Shown in pieces: positions 29,430 to 40,086 of a stretch of DNA of 64,000 bases (the first letter of the stretch is position 1; each line of letters opens with the position of its first letter). The stretch lies in contig CBFGKC010000003.1 in assembly GCA_965649265.1 (NCBI GenBank), positions 32,001 to 96,000 on the forward strand, read 5' to 3'. Below the pieces are notes generated by a model. The model was not told the origin of the DNA. It saw nothing but the letters and a program-made list of their open reading frames with translations, and did no database searches. Origin of the DNA: a candidate division WOR-3 bacterium (GTDB taxonomy: Bacteria > Hydrothermota > Tepidihabitantia > B3-TA06). A program made the position numbers and the translations under genes.

Positions 29430-30143
29430 TTAGTTTGGATTTGCTTGACGTCTGAGGTCTTCGAAAGAAAGATGTAAGCGATAGTTGATTCTTGCGATTT
29501 CTGATTTGGTGTCGCAGTTAACCCGCGGGTATATAGGATGCCCTATATAAACTTCGATGCGGCGGTTAAGTACATTACCTAACACAGAAAATGCGCCTTC
29601 CCAGGCCTCATTAATCCATGGTCTAGAGTATGGCTCAGGTCCAAGGATTAGATTCTTGAGATAAACGGGAACAATGGGCGTATTGGTCTTGATCGCCAGG
29701 AATGCAGCTCCTTTATTGATTCCTGAAATTGCTCCGTCTCTGTCAAGATGAGCGGAAGGGAAAATCCCTAAGTTCTGTTTGTGTTTTAAAAGCTCTATAG
29801 CCCTTTTTATTCCCTTGAAATTGCACAAACCTTCGTTAATGGCAACCGGTATCATATCGCAAAAGAAAGTCATGAAGAATTTTATGAAACGCCCTTCAAA
29901 CCATTTTTTGGCTGCGAGCATGAAGAGTCGGCGCTTGAGAGCAATCTGCAGAATTATGGAATCCACGCCGGTTACGTGGTTGGCTACCACTATCGTATTT
30001 CTCTTGAGATTCTTCCGGAAGTCCATACCGAATATCTTGATTCTGACCAGGCGACCGTAGGCTTTTAGAAATGTATTCTTGAGACTCGTAAAGAAAGATC
30101 GTATTTCTGATGGCCAAAGCTTTGGCCCACCGTGTAAGTCCAT
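29430..30143 (-). CDS. plsC: 1-acyl-sn-glycerol-3-phosphate acyltransferase family
   Basis: NHVTGVD (HxxxxD), GIFP, KGAAFLA, PIVPV. Confidence 0.8.
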   Translation of the reverse strand: MDLHGGPKLWPSEIRSFFTSLKNTFLKAYGRLVRIKIFGMDFRKNLKRNTIVVANHVTGVDSIILQIALKRRLFMLAAKKWFEGRFIKFFMTFFCDMIPVAINEGLCNFKGIKRAIELLKHKQNLGIFPSAHLDRDGAISGINKGAAFLAIKTNTPIVPVYLKNLILGPEPYSRPWINEAWEGAFSVLGNVLNRRIEVYIGHPIYPRVNCDTKSEIARINYRLHLSFEDLRRQANPN

Positions 30144-30356
30144 AAGATAAATTTAATCCGTATAATGTAGTTGTCAATCCCGAAAAATTGCATGTGTTTC
30201 CGGTCTAAAAAAGCAATGAACTATGATTCGTCAGAAACCAATCGTCGGTTATGAGTAGTCAGCAGCTTCCGAAAATTCTTTTTGAAGAATACAGGAGTTG
30301 CATCTTTCTTGGATTTCAAGTGCTTGACAAAAGGCGTAAGACCTCTATAGTTTTGC

Positions 30357-31328
30357 GTGGACGAGATGCAAGACACCAAAGAGAGTCAAAATCTTGAAGA
30401 AATGAATCTGGACGAGCTTCGTGATTATACCGAGCAAAGGCTTACAGAGATACTATCGGTTCTTTCCGACGTTGCACTGGGTGATCTGACTGTAGAGGTC
30501 CCTATAACAAGTGAGGATATATTCGGTTCCGTTGCCATGGGTGTCAATGTAATGGTTAAAGGACTGAGGGAGCTCAAAGCACAGGATGAAGAAAAGACCC
30601 ACTTGCTCGAAAAAACAAATCAGGAACTCGAGGATTTCGTATACATTGTAAGTCACGATCTAAAGGCCCCACTGAGGGCAATGATGGGTTTCTCAAGGTT
30701 TCTCAAAGAGGATTACCAATCCAAGCTTGATGAGGTCGGGCAGGACTACGTAAGAAGGATTGTCGGAGGTGCCGAAAGGATGGAGCGCCTTATTAACGAT
30801 CTACTGGAACTCTCACGTATCGGGCGACACCGCAACCCGTTCAAGGAATCGGATTCCGGAGAACTTGTCAAACAAGCCGTTGAATTCGTTCATCCTGATC
30901 CGAACGTAGAGATCGTTATTAAAGACGACATGCCTGTAATATGGTGCGACGAGGTAAGGATAGTTCAGGTCTTTTCCAATCTTATAAGCAACGCGATCAA
31001 ATACAACAACCAGCCGCAAAAGACAATAGAGATATGCTGGGTTTCTCATCCGGAGGACGGATTGGACGAGTTTACGGTTCACGATAACGGTATAGGCATT
31101 GAAGAAAAGCACATGGAAAAGATATTCAGGATATTCCAGAGGCTTCATAGCCAGGATGAATACGGAGGTGGCACTGGCGTCGGTCTCAACATTGTGAAGA
31201 AAATAGTCGAGCAGCACGGGGGCAAGATATGGGTTCAGTCTGCCCCAGGTCAGGGTTCGACGTTCCATTTTACTCTTCGCCGCCCTATTGATGAGGACGA
31301 AGTAACTAAAGGAGTATGGGAAGCTTGA
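30357..31328 (+). CDS. cytoplasmic sensor histidine kinase with no adjacent response regulator
   Basis: SHDLKAPLR H-box, NLISNAIKY, DNGIGI, GTGVGL; no TM segment. Confidence 0.92.
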   Translation: MDEMQDTKESQNLEEMNLDELRDYTEQRLTEILSVLSDVALGDLTVEVPITSEDIFGSVAMGVNVMVKGLRELKAQDEEKTHLLEKTNQELEDFVYIVSHDLKAPLRAMMGFSRFLKEDYQSKLDEVGQDYVRRIVGGAERMERLINDLLELSRIGRHRNPFKESDSGELVKQAVEFVHPDPNVEIVIKDDMPVIWCDEVRIVQVFSNLISNAIKYNNQPQKTIEICWVSHPEDGLDEFTVHDNGIGIEEKHMEKIFRIFQRLHSQDEYGGGTGVGLNIVKKIVEQHGGKIWVQSAPGQGSTFHFTLRRPIDEDEVTKGVWEA

Positions 31329-31361
31329 CAAATTTCTTTGACGGAGTAGTGTGATTTATAT

Positions 31362-31625
31362 ATGGATAGGTTTATTTGCGTCCATACCTGCCCTCGTGAA
31401 GAGGCGCTCGTAATTGCCGGGCTGCTTCGAGCCTCGGAGATAGCAGTGCATCTTATAGAAGATTCACCTGGCAACCTTCGTCCTTTTTCGGACAAGAAAC
31501 CAGTTGTCCGGATAATGGTTCCACGCGAAGCGGCGGAATTCGCTTATCAACTTATCAGGGATTCGCAGGAGCAGGATTTCGCCGATTTCGAACAGAGCGC
31601 CGAGCAAGACGACCAAGAGTCTTAG
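31362..31625 (+). CDS. DUF2007-like small protein
   Basis: EALVIAGLLRASEI...VRIMVP pattern. Confidence 0.7.
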   Translation: MDRFICVHTCPREEALVIAGLLRASEIAVHLIEDSPGNLRPFSDKKPVVRIMVPREAAEFAYQLIRDSQEQDFADFEQSAEQDDQES

Positions 31626-31732
31626 TTCCTCAAACCATCAGCGGTCAAAAAATCCAGGAGTTTTCTACTGAAAAAAGCTTCACCCTGTTGGTATAATCAT
31701 AATGGTTTGTATTTTTCAAGGAGTAAGGAAAG

Positions 31733-33304
31733 TCAGAATGTTGCAGGAACCTTTGTGCCATCACCTTCTACCAGCCACTTCCACGTTTTTTCAATCCTGT
31801 CCCAATTTTCTTCTCTGTCAAGCGACCAGTAGCGGCCTATGACGCCTGCGACCTTTCCCAGTTGCATGGCCCTGCACTCTTCTTCAATCATGCCCACGTA
31901 CCTGGCGCCTGCCTGAGGTCTTTCCCCGCGTCTTCCAAGCATTGCATGAACGAAGACGTTATCAGCGTTCCGGATTTTGCAGAGCTTAAGAAGTGCACGT
32001 AGATGCTCGATTGATCCGTGAGAGGAGTAGAAGCTGACAATGCCGAGAAGATGCAGCGCCCTGCCTCCGGTTTTTGCCCCATCGATGGCCCATTTAAAGA
32101 TTTCGTTCTCCATGAAAGAACCGTCGGCGATCGCTTGATCTATTCTGACCCTGTCAGATGGAACGTGTCTGCCTGCGCCTATGTGAAGGTGTCCTACTTC
32201 CGAGTTCCCTACGCTCCTTTCCGGCAATCCGACCCAAACTCCTGCTGCGGCAAGTGTCGTGTGCTGCCGGGAATTCCAGAGGTTATCGAAATTCGGCGTG
32301 TTCGCTCTAATAATCATGTTACCGAATGAATCCTCATTGTAACCCCAGCCGTCTAAAATGATGAGCAGGAGTCTTTTTGCGCAAGGGGCCTTACCATTTA
32401 TCAACGAATTGCCGTTCATCTCGAGTGGTTTCTCCAAATCGCAGAGCGAGAGGATAGTAGGTGCGACATCACGCAACTCACCTTGATTGAGGCTGTAATC
32501 GCCGGGGGCATCGATTATGAAAGGGACCGGACTTCGGGTATGTCCCGTGTCTATACCCCCCTCCGGGTAAAGCCAGTGCTCAACCGTTCCGTGATCGGCG
32601 GTCACAATCGTAATCACATCATTCCTTCTGGCGCATAAAAGCATCTTCCCCAGGCTTTCATCCACCGTCTCGATCGCTTTCAGCACGGCCTTTTCATTCT
32701 CAAAGTGCCCGACCACATCAACGTTGCACAGGTTGACGATGATTATATCTGCCGTCGGGTCAGCGAGAGCCTTACAGGTTTCATCCGTCACCATCACGGC
32801 CGACATCTCGGGTGCTTCATCGAATGTGGCTACATCTTTGCGCGTCGGGATGGTGATCCGCTCCTCTCCAGGATAAGGCTCCTCCCGCTTCCCGTTCAGA
32901 AAGTATGAGACGTGAATCGCTTTCTCCGCCTCCGTGATCTTGAGTACACGTTTACCGGCATTTGAAAGAACCTCGCCAAGCGTATTACGGAGTCTCTCTA
33001 AAGGAGGAAAGGCTTCCCTGACTCGAAGACCGCTGTGATAGTGTATCATCGTCGCGAAAGTAAGATTGAGATTTCTGATCTTGAAGTGATGGAATTCCGG
33101 TTCGGTAAGAGCTTCGGTAAGTTCTACTTCCCGTTCCCCTCTGATATCGTAAAAGATTACCGAATCTCCTTCTTGAATGCGTCCTATAGGATTGCCTTGA
33201 TCATCAACCAGAACGTGCGGCACGAGCAATTCATCCTCTTGGTCGGAATCGTAGGCCTCAAGGATTGCCTTTGCGAGAGGGGTTTTAAGAGAGGGCTCGT
33301 TCAT
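31733..33304 (-). CDS. gpmI: 2,3-bisphosphoglycerate-independent phosphoglycerate mutase, circularly permuted
   Basis: LIILDGWG, GNSEVGH, GRYWSLDR, DVVGH, ADHG, GHT and DVAPT all present, but the two halves are swapped. Confidence 0.9.
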   Translation of the reverse strand: MNEPSLKTPLAKAILEAYDSDQEDELLVPHVLVDDQGNPIGRIQEGDSVIFYDIRGEREVELTEALTEPEFHHFKIRNLNLTFATMIHYHSGLRVREAFPPLERLRNTLGEVLSNAGKRVLKITEAEKAIHVSYFLNGKREEPYPGEERITIPTRKDVATFDEAPEMSAVMVTDETCKALADPTADIIIVNLCNVDVVGHFENEKAVLKAIETVDESLGKMLLCARRNDVITIVTADHGTVEHWLYPEGGIDTGHTRSPVPFIIDAPGDYSLNQGELRDVAPTILSLCDLEKPLEMNGNSLINGKAPCAKRLLLIILDGWGYNEDSFGNMIIRANTPNFDNLWNSRQHTTLAAAGVWVGLPERSVGNSEVGHLHIGAGRHVPSDRVRIDQAIADGSFMENEIFKWAIDGAKTGGRALHLLGIVSFYSSHGSIEHLRALLKLCKIRNADNVFVHAMLGRRGERPQAGARYVGMIEEECRAMQLGKVAGVIGRYWSLDREENWDRIEKTWKWLVEGDGTKVPATF

Positions 33305-33447
33305 TCCTTTGAATTATATTCGACTACCTGTGATTGGCAAGATATCAGAGTCCCACTGTAAAAAGGCTCAGAATCTGCAAAATAAGTGTTGACCAGCCCA
33401 AAAACGCGGATATAGTCTTATTTCTAACCTTAAAAAAGGAGGATGAA

Positions 33448-33741
33448 ATGCAAGAAAAAGCGAGGACAAGAACAGTACGTCTGACGCTCTCGCCTTTCGT
33501 GAAAGTCTTACTCGTGGTTATCGCGGTAGCCCTGTCGGTCATTGCAATGAGAGGGCTTCTTTCCCCCTCCTCCCTCTATGCGCAGTCTAACTCGGGCACA
33601 ATGGACGTAAACATAGAGAGTATCGGCGGAACATCAATTTACGGATCCATTCCGGTCGACATAAAGGATTTTCCCTACGAGGGGCTGAAGATATCCGAAT
33701 TCCCTTACTCGGGATTGAAAGTTGAAGTCAAGAACAACTAG
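33448..33741 (+). CDS. small single-TM hypothetical protein
   Basis: AAGGAGG RBS before ATG 33448; short repeats DFPYEGLK and EFPYSGLK. Confidence 0.7.
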   Translation: MQEKARTRTVRLTLSPFVKVLLVVIAVALSVIAMRGLLSPSSLYAQSNSGTMDVNIESIGGTSIYGSIPVDIKDFPYEGLKISEFPYSGLKVEVKNN

Positions 33742-33822
33742 GTTTCTGAAGTTGTTATTCAGGCAGGAGGTATGGGGATAATTTAACCTTGACACCGGCT
33801 TAAGCATCCATAAACTTCATGC

Positions 33823-34587
33823 ATGGGTTTATTATTGCTTATAACGTTCTTTACGCAGTATGCAGACGTTTATGCTCCCCAGAAACCTCTTGATGTGGAG
33901 TCAGGGACTACCGTGTCCGCGGCCAGCGCGGAACTGGATTTTGTGTACAGAAATGCAAACGGTGACAGTACCATCTCATCCCCCTTTTTAACACGCATCT
34001 CCTTTTCTCCGGATGGTTACAACGACTTTGGAGTAAATCTGCCTATCATGTGGGTTTTGGTGAACGATGCTCACAAGATTTTTATCGGGAATATGGATGT
34101 TCATTACAAACGTCGAATAATAGGTTCACTCCCATACGGGTATCTCTCTGCCAAGGCTAACGCTCACTTTCTGTCATCGCCGCCGGATGATTCCTTGGGG
34201 ATTAGGGATTTCCTTGGCGAGGCCAGATCCACATACGGTCTTGGTCTGGCCTACACCTATGAAATGCGTCTACTCAAGGAGTATAAGGATATCATCGGCA
34301 ACCTTCCGCTTGTTGGTACCGTTGCTGTCGAAGACAATTTTCTTTACAGAGACGGTACCACTAAAGAGTGGGGCACCGATTTCGCCAGCGGATTCGCATG
34401 GGGTGCATCTGTTGACGTACTTCCTCTTGCGTTCGTTTTTGCCGGCGCATCGGTGGAGGGAACGAGCGATGGTGTAACAATAGCACCGCATCTGGGAGTA
34501 CGCTGGTTCTGGATTGACCTTGCCGCAAGCTACAGAATTGCACCTTCGAGACAAAGTTTCAATGTGAGTTTCAGGTTCTTCCTGTAG
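33823..34587 (+). CDS. putative outer-membrane beta-barrel protein
   Basis: Signal peptide, amphipathic strands, C-terminal FNVSFRFFL. Confidence 0.65.
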   Translation: MGLLLLITFFTQYADVYAPQKPLDVESGTTVSAASAELDFVYRNANGDSTISSPFLTRISFSPDGYNDFGVNLPIMWVLVNDAHKIFIGNMDVHYKRRIIGSLPYGYLSAKANAHFLSSPPDDSLGIRDFLGEARSTYGLGLAYTYEMRLLKEYKDIIGNLPLVGTVAVEDNFLYRDGTTKEWGTDFASGFAWGASVDVLPLAFVFAGASVEGTSDGVTIAPHLGVRWFWIDLAASYRIAPSRQSFNVSFRFFL

Positions 34588-34660
34588 TATCCCTGAATCC
34601 TTTAATTGGTGACAAAACAAGGGATGGGAAGCGTTTAATTGTTTCAGGGCTTTGAGGGAA

Positions 34661-35524
34661 TTACCTTACGATCCGGCCGATGCGTTCCCAGTTTATCCGT
34701 GCGATTCGCTCGAGAAGATTGTTTCCCTCGCCTAAAGAGAAATAGATGACGACAGGTGATCCCTTGAGGAATTTTATAGGAATCGGTCCCCAGTAGCGGC
34801 AGTCGTCGGACTGGTCGCGGTTATCTCCCATGCCGAAGACATAACCCTGGGGAATAATAATCGGACCGAAGTTGTCGCGCACCTCGTAGCGGCGTTCGAA
34901 TTCAAGGTTCAGCCAGCGTTGGTTGAATTCTTCGCGGGCAACTACGGGTGGAAAGAGCGACGGGTCCTTGTGGGTCACGTAGCGCGAGTCGTCAAAAGCC
35001 TTTCCATTAACGTAAACTTGTTTGTTTATCACCTCGACTGTATCCCCAGGAAGCCCTATGCAGCGTTTGACGTAATTGTGAGGCGAGTACCATGTAAAGT
35101 GCTTTTCCCATTTATCCCAGAAGATCGGCAAGAGCGGGAACCATTTCGGGAAAAAACGGCCATACCTCTCCTCGGGTTCGGGCCACCTCGTGTCCCTGGG
35201 ATAGCGAAATACGATTATCTCCCCGCGCTTTGGCAGCCTCCCCGGGATTATGTCTGCGTTCGTAAAAGGAGCCTTGAATCCGTAAACGAACTTGTTGACG
35301 AGAAGAAAATCGCCCGGAAGAATCGTATCTTCCATTGATCCTGTAGGAACCGTGAAGGCCTCAATGACGAAGGCGCGTATGGCGAGAACGATGAGGATCA
35401 CTAGCCCCCACGAGCGCACGAACTCCCACAGCCTGCGTCCGAAAGGCTTCTTCTGTTTTCTGGGCTGCTCGATCCTGTTCTGCTGCGGCTGCTCTATGTT
35501 CCTTTTCTTCTTGCTCTTCGACAT
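34661..35524 (-). CDS. lepB: signal peptidase I
   Basis: PTGSM, YVKRC, MGDNRDQSDDCRYWG. Confidence 0.93.
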   Translation of the reverse strand: MSKSKKKRNIEQPQQNRIEQPRKQKKPFGRRLWEFVRSWGLVILIVLAIRAFVIEAFTVPTGSMEDTILPGDFLLVNKFVYGFKAPFTNADIIPGRLPKRGEIIVFRYPRDTRWPEPEERYGRFFPKWFPLLPIFWDKWEKHFTWYSPHNYVKRCIGLPGDTVEVINKQVYVNGKAFDDSRYVTHKDPSLFPPVVAREEFNQRWLNLEFERRYEVRDNFGPIIIPQGYVFGMGDNRDQSDDCRYWGPIPIKFLKGSPVVIYFSLGEGNNLLERIARINWERIGRIVR

Positions 35525-35652
35525 AAGACGACATTATAGGTGTCCAAGACGCTTAGTCAACAGTAATCGTAAGGATTCTTTCTATACTATTTATATTTGT
35601 TTTCGGCTGTGTGTTATAAATTGGTAAAAAAATCCCTATATCCCTGATGAAA

Positions 35653-36873
35653 TTAATTGACCACTTTTCCGATTCTCTCCCAGTGCGTTCCAAGTATCCT
35701 CATTGGAATACTCAGCTTGTTGGAGTCCCTGTCGAACTCGTCGCCGAGCGAGTAGTAGCATACCGCGGGTGAACCCTTTAGCATCTCTTGCGGGACGAAT
35801 CCCCAGTAGCGGCAGTCATGTGAATAATCCCTGTTGTCGCCCATTCCGAATACCATTCCTTTAGGAACGACAATCGGTCCAAAGTTGTCACGCATATAGA
35901 AATGCATTATGTATGATACGTAGAGTGAACTGTCAATATCGGGCAGGGTATCGTTGTACGCACGCAGATATATCCGGTTGTAGTAATTCTTGAGATCGAA
36001 AGAATCCTTTTCGGGCAGAGGAAGTTCGAGAGGCATGCCGTTTTCTCTCAAAGTCCTGAGATGTCTGGGAAGCATGTAAAAGCTTAATATGTAATGCATG
36101 TAGAGTTTTTCTGGAATCCTGCCTGTGTAATAGAGCTTGTTGAAGAGACTGTCGCAGTATAGACGAATGTTTTTGAAAGTCACTTTGTCGAAGTTTCCAT
36201 AGTTTTTGTAGACTGCGGAATCGGAATAGTATAGGCTGTCCTTGAATTGGAAGCAGATGAGGTCCATCCAGCGTTTTGAAAACTCCTCGCGCGGTATCAG
36301 CCTTGGGAAAAGATAAGGATCTTGGAATACGGCTTTGTCCTTATCGTCAAATGGTTTTCCGTTGATGTAAAGGTGTTTATCTACAACTTCAACGGTGTCG
36401 CCCGGCAATCCAACACATCGCTTGACCCAGTTTTCGGGTGCGTAGAAACTGAACTTCCTTTCCCAGCGGTCCCAGTGAATGGGCAAGAGCGGGAACCATT
36501 TGGGAAAGAATCGAGCATAACGCTCGTCGGGCTGCGGCCATCGGCCGTGGTGCGGGTATCGAAAAACGATTACATCACCCGTTCTCGGTGCACGTCCGGG
36601 GATGATGTCTTTGTTCGTGAAGGGCATCTTGAAACCGTAACGAAACTTATTCACGAGCAAGGCGTCTCCGGGCATTATGGTTTCCTCCATCGATCCCGTA
36701 GGTACGATCATGGACTCAACACCGAATGCCCTGATGACGAGTACGAGCAAGATGATGGTTGACCAGTCCCTTATGAAATGCCACGTTTTTCTCCAGAAGC
36801 CTCTCTTGGGTTTTACGACCCCCTCCTTACTGCTGGTCCCTTCTGTAAAACTACTCATCGGCTGCTTTGCCAT
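35653..36873 (-). CDS. lepB: signal peptidase I paralog with a large insertion
   Basis: PTGSM, WVKRC, MGDNRDYSHDCRYWG; start moved to 36873 because ATG 36882 overlaps the -10 box. Confidence 0.88.
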   Translation of the reverse strand: MAKQPMSSFTEGTSSKEGVVKPKRGFWRKTWHFIRDWSTIILLVLVIRAFGVESMIVPTGSMEETIMPGDALLVNKFRYGFKMPFTNKDIIPGRAPRTGDVIVFRYPHHGRWPQPDERYARFFPKWFPLLPIHWDRWERKFSFYAPENWVKRCVGLPGDTVEVVDKHLYINGKPFDDKDKAVFQDPYLFPRLIPREEFSKRWMDLICFQFKDSLYYSDSAVYKNYGNFDKVTFKNIRLYCDSLFNKLYYTGRIPEKLYMHYILSFYMLPRHLRTLRENGMPLELPLPEKDSFDLKNYYNRIYLRAYNDTLPDIDSSLYVSYIMHFYMRDNFGPIVVPKGMVFGMGDNRDYSHDCRYWGFVPQEMLKGSPAVCYYSLGDEFDRDSNKLSIPMRILGTHWERIGKVVN

Positions 36874-37009
36874 AAGTGGCATTATAAAGTATCCTAAATT
36901 CCTGTCAATAGAAGACGGATATTCTTATCTAAGTTACAAGAACATCTGTTCGGGAATGCTCAGGTGAAATGGCGTAATCTTCCAAGCTTCTTAAGATCAG
37001 GGTAAGGGG

Positions 37010-37489
37010 CTAAAAATCAATGATTCTTCTTGCCCCGGCATAGCGGTGTTCGTAGTAGATGTTACCGGTAAAGGGGACGACGATTACGCCGTCAGTAGAG
37101 GATGCATGAACCATTTTACCGTCCCAAAGGTAAATGCCCACATGATTGACCTCTTTCGAACCCTGTGTTTTGAAGAAAACAAGATCACCAATCTTAAGGG
37201 CCTCTCTTGAAACGCTCTTGCCCATTTTGAACTGGCCTGAAGCCGTATGAGGTAGCTTGACGCCAAACCTTGCGAAGACGGTCATTGTAAAACCCGAACA
37301 GTCAGTTCCGCTTGATGTTGATCCTCCGTATCTGTATGGTGTACCTTTGAACCTATGGATTTCCTCCACAAGAGCATCCCTCGTAGGAGTGCGAATTACT
37401 GTCGAGGACATACACCCCATCAGACTCAAAAGAAGAACGCAGACTACTTGTATGGCTCGCATCCTTCCCTTTCGAAGCAGGGTCCACAT
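37010..37489 (-). CDS. NlpC/P60 peptidoglycan endopeptidase lipoprotein
   Basis: GTPYRYGG, DCSG, GDLVFF, HVGIY, HAS. Confidence 0.92.
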   Translation of the reverse strand: MWTLLRKGRMRAIQVVCVLLLSLMGCMSSTVIRTPTRDALVEEIHRFKGTPYRYGGSTSSGTDCSGFTMTVFARFGVKLPHTASGQFKMGKSVSREALKIGDLVFFKTQGSKEVNHVGIYLWDGKMVHASSTDGVIVVPFTGNIYYEHRYAGARRIIDF

Positions 37490-37494
37490 AATCT

Positions 37495-39519
37495 TTAATT
37501 CAAGTTATCTTCGAGGAGTGCGTTTATCTCCGATGAAAGAATTTTGTCAACGTTTTGGAATCTTCCAACGTGCTGGAACTGAAGCCGTCCCTTTTTGTCG
37601 ATAACAAGATGTGTGGGTATTGATTGAATATCAAACATTGATGCAACCTGGCCGTTGTCCAAGAAGACTTGGTATAAGAAAGTGTTTTGATTCAGGAATT
37701 CGTTGATTATTTTGGCATCCTCGTTGGATACGCCAAGAAAAACTACATCGTCTCGATCTTGGAATTCCTTGACCAGAGAGTTAAGCTGAGGCATCTCTTC
37801 TCGGCAGGGCTGACACCAGGTTGCCCAGAAGTTAATTATTACAACTTTACCTTTCAGGCTTTCAAGAGTGATCGAATTCCCTGAGAGATCAGTAAGACGA
37901 AAATCTGGGACACTTACGTTCATCCTGTTTCTGAGAGCAACTTTCATTTTTTCGTTAAAGAACCACTCTCCAAAACCTGTAGTATCTTCATGTTCAATCA
38001 AGTAAATATCCTTGATTGCGTCCTGTGTTGCCGTATCCTCAGGTTGAACAATTAGCAAGTTGACAAGGGCCATGAGTCTTACATCAAGATTGCCCGCCTT
38101 TTCGCTAACGGCAAGAAGCTTACGATATAATTCTTCGCTGTAAGCAGGTATCTCGGAAAGAAGCGTGTCGGCCTTGAGAAGGTTTACCAGTGCCGCATCA
38201 TAATCACCCGATTTGAAAGAAAGCCAACCCTTTGTCATATATAGGCTTGCCTGGGATTGCAGGAGCTTGCTTTGACGCACCTCAAAACTTTCCCACCAGA
38301 GTAACTTGCGATATTGATCCTGGGTAGTTTCAGCAATGGCTTTATTCATGGCCTTTGAGGCTTCGGCAAAGTTTTTTCCTTTCTCTGCCGCTGCTTCAGC
38401 GAATACAACGGCAGCTTGAGGTGTCTTCGATGCATTCAGACCGTTGCGGTAATAGTTGATGGCTGTATTCCAGCTCCTTTCCTTGTAATACTCGGCCAAT
38501 TGAAAATTGAGTTCAGGGTCATTGGGATATGATTTCCACCATTTTTCGAGTTCAGTGGCCCACTCGGCGGTAGGTTGATCATATTTGACCCCAAGCATAG
38601 TTACAATAAAAGCAGGTGCAAGTTCAGATGACGGGAATTCGCTAAGAAAGGAATTGGCTATATCCTGAATTCTTCTCTGCCGCCCGCCTCCCAGTGCATA
38701 ACTCATTAGGAGAAAATAGCCGCTTTCTTTCGCTTTCCCTTTTAGCAAAGGAAAGACTTCTCTTTCATAATTGCCTACTGTTTCGGGAGTTTCTTTAATG
38801 TAGCTGTATATGGAGTACTCGTAGGTGGTCCAGTACGAACTTTCGGGATATTTCTCAGCACAAACAAGCATCAGATCTTGGGCTTTTCCTTTGAACTCCG
38901 TTGAAGTCAAAAAAAACTCCATTGACGCAAAGTAAAGAGCTTCAAGGGAGTCGGGGGCCAAAGCGATTAGAGAATCCAACTTTGCAGCAATTGAAACCTT
39001 GTCTGTTTTACCTTCTTCAAGTTCAATCCGTTTAAGAAGGACAAATGCTGCCCAGTTCATCGGGTAGTTAACAAGTTCTTGTTCTAGAAGTTGTTGCGCT
39101 TTTGTCAAATGATCTAGGTTAGCATCTAGGTAGAGACTTGCGTAAAGACGATATGAATCATAAACGGGTTTTTCTTTGTTGTCGTATAGAGGGATTCCGT
39201 CAAAGAGCAAATCGTCCTGCATAAGAGAGGCGTCGTTATCTTCAATTGTATATTGAACAAAGCGAGCATTTTCAGGGATCTGATACGAGAAAATAAAGGA
39301 TTCGGCAGCTTTCTTTCCATGAACGATTGCGACTAGAACCGTATCGGGCGTATGGGCTGAGAAGACAACCAACGGGTCTTCAGACAACCTTGGGAGCGAG
39401 TTCACAGTTAGGGTTATTTTCTCTCCTGTCTCAGGATATGCAGGTTTTATTTCAAATTGCTCAGAAGCAGCAAGAAACCCAAATAAACCAATAGCAAGTA
39501 ATGTAATTCGTTGAATCAC
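37495..39519 (-). CDS. exported TPR-like protein with C-terminal TlpA/ResA thioredoxin
   Basis: NFWATWCQPCREEMP; GTG start at 39519 after GGAGG. Confidence 0.85.
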   Translation of the reverse strand: MIQRITLLAIGLFGFLAASEQFEIKPAYPETGEKITLTVNSLPRLSEDPLVVFSAHTPDTVLVAIVHGKKAAESFIFSYQIPENARFVQYTIEDNDASLMQDDLLFDGIPLYDNKEKPVYDSYRLYASLYLDANLDHLTKAQQLLEQELVNYPMNWAAFVLLKRIELEEGKTDKVSIAAKLDSLIALAPDSLEALYFASMEFFLTSTEFKGKAQDLMLVCAEKYPESSYWTTYEYSIYSYIKETPETVGNYEREVFPLLKGKAKESGYFLLMSYALGGGRQRRIQDIANSFLSEFPSSELAPAFIVTMLGVKYDQPTAEWATELEKWWKSYPNDPELNFQLAEYYKERSWNTAINYYRNGLNASKTPQAAVVFAEAAAEKGKNFAEASKAMNKAIAETTQDQYRKLLWWESFEVRQSKLLQSQASLYMTKGWLSFKSGDYDAALVNLLKADTLLSEIPAYSEELYRKLLAVSEKAGNLDVRLMALVNLLIVQPEDTATQDAIKDIYLIEHEDTTGFGEWFFNEKMKVALRNRMNVSVPDFRLTDLSGNSITLESLKGKVVIINFWATWCQPCREEMPQLNSLVKEFQDRDDVVFLGVSNEDAKIINEFLNQNTFLYQVFLDNGQVASMFDIQSIPTHLVIDKKGRLQFQHVGRFQNVDKILSSEINALLEDNLN

Positions 39520-39638
39520 AAAAAACCTCCAATTGCATGAAAAAATAATTTGAGGAATTATAGGTGTTGTAGATAGGGTGTCAAGGCAGCGTTTATAATA
39601 GCAGTTGACACATTGATACTCCGGCATAAGCTTGCATT

Positions 39639-40055
39639 ATGAATTTCATGGATTCTCTTTTTGTTTCAGGAATGGGAAAATGGCTCGCTGTGGCGGTTGG
39701 GTTGTTATGGCTCACGGTGATTATCCTGTTGTTGATTCATTTTGCCAGGCGCAGATCTGGCTATTATGTTGCACACCCCTTGGTTTCAAAAGGTGCAAAG
39801 ACAATCCTGCTCATTCTGGACATTATGCTTTTCATTTTGGCAGTTCTTGTTGGTGTTGTTGCGGTGAAGTTTTTTTCACATGGTTCTCTGGTCTGGGAGA
39901 TCCGACTTGGGCTTATCTCAGGGGTTATTGCTTTGCTTGGTATTTTGATCGTGATCAGGGAAGGCTTTTCGTTGAGAATCTCAGCGTCAAGTGATAATAC
40001 TAGTAATTCCGGTGTTTCCACGAAGACCACAAAAAAAAGTAAGAACAAAACTTGA
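39639..40055 (+). CDS. 3-TM membrane protein
   Basis: Three hydrophobic helices; consensus promoter directly upstream. Confidence 0.7.
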   Translation: MNFMDSLFVSGMGKWLAVAVGLLWLTVIILLLIHFARRRSGYYVAHPLVSKGAKTILLILDIMLFILAVLVGVVAVKFFSHGSLVWEIRLGLISGVIALLGILIVIREGFSLRISASSDNTSNSGVSTKTTKKSKNKT

Positions 40056-40086
40056 CACTGCTCCCGTTGATGGTAGACTACGGCGG

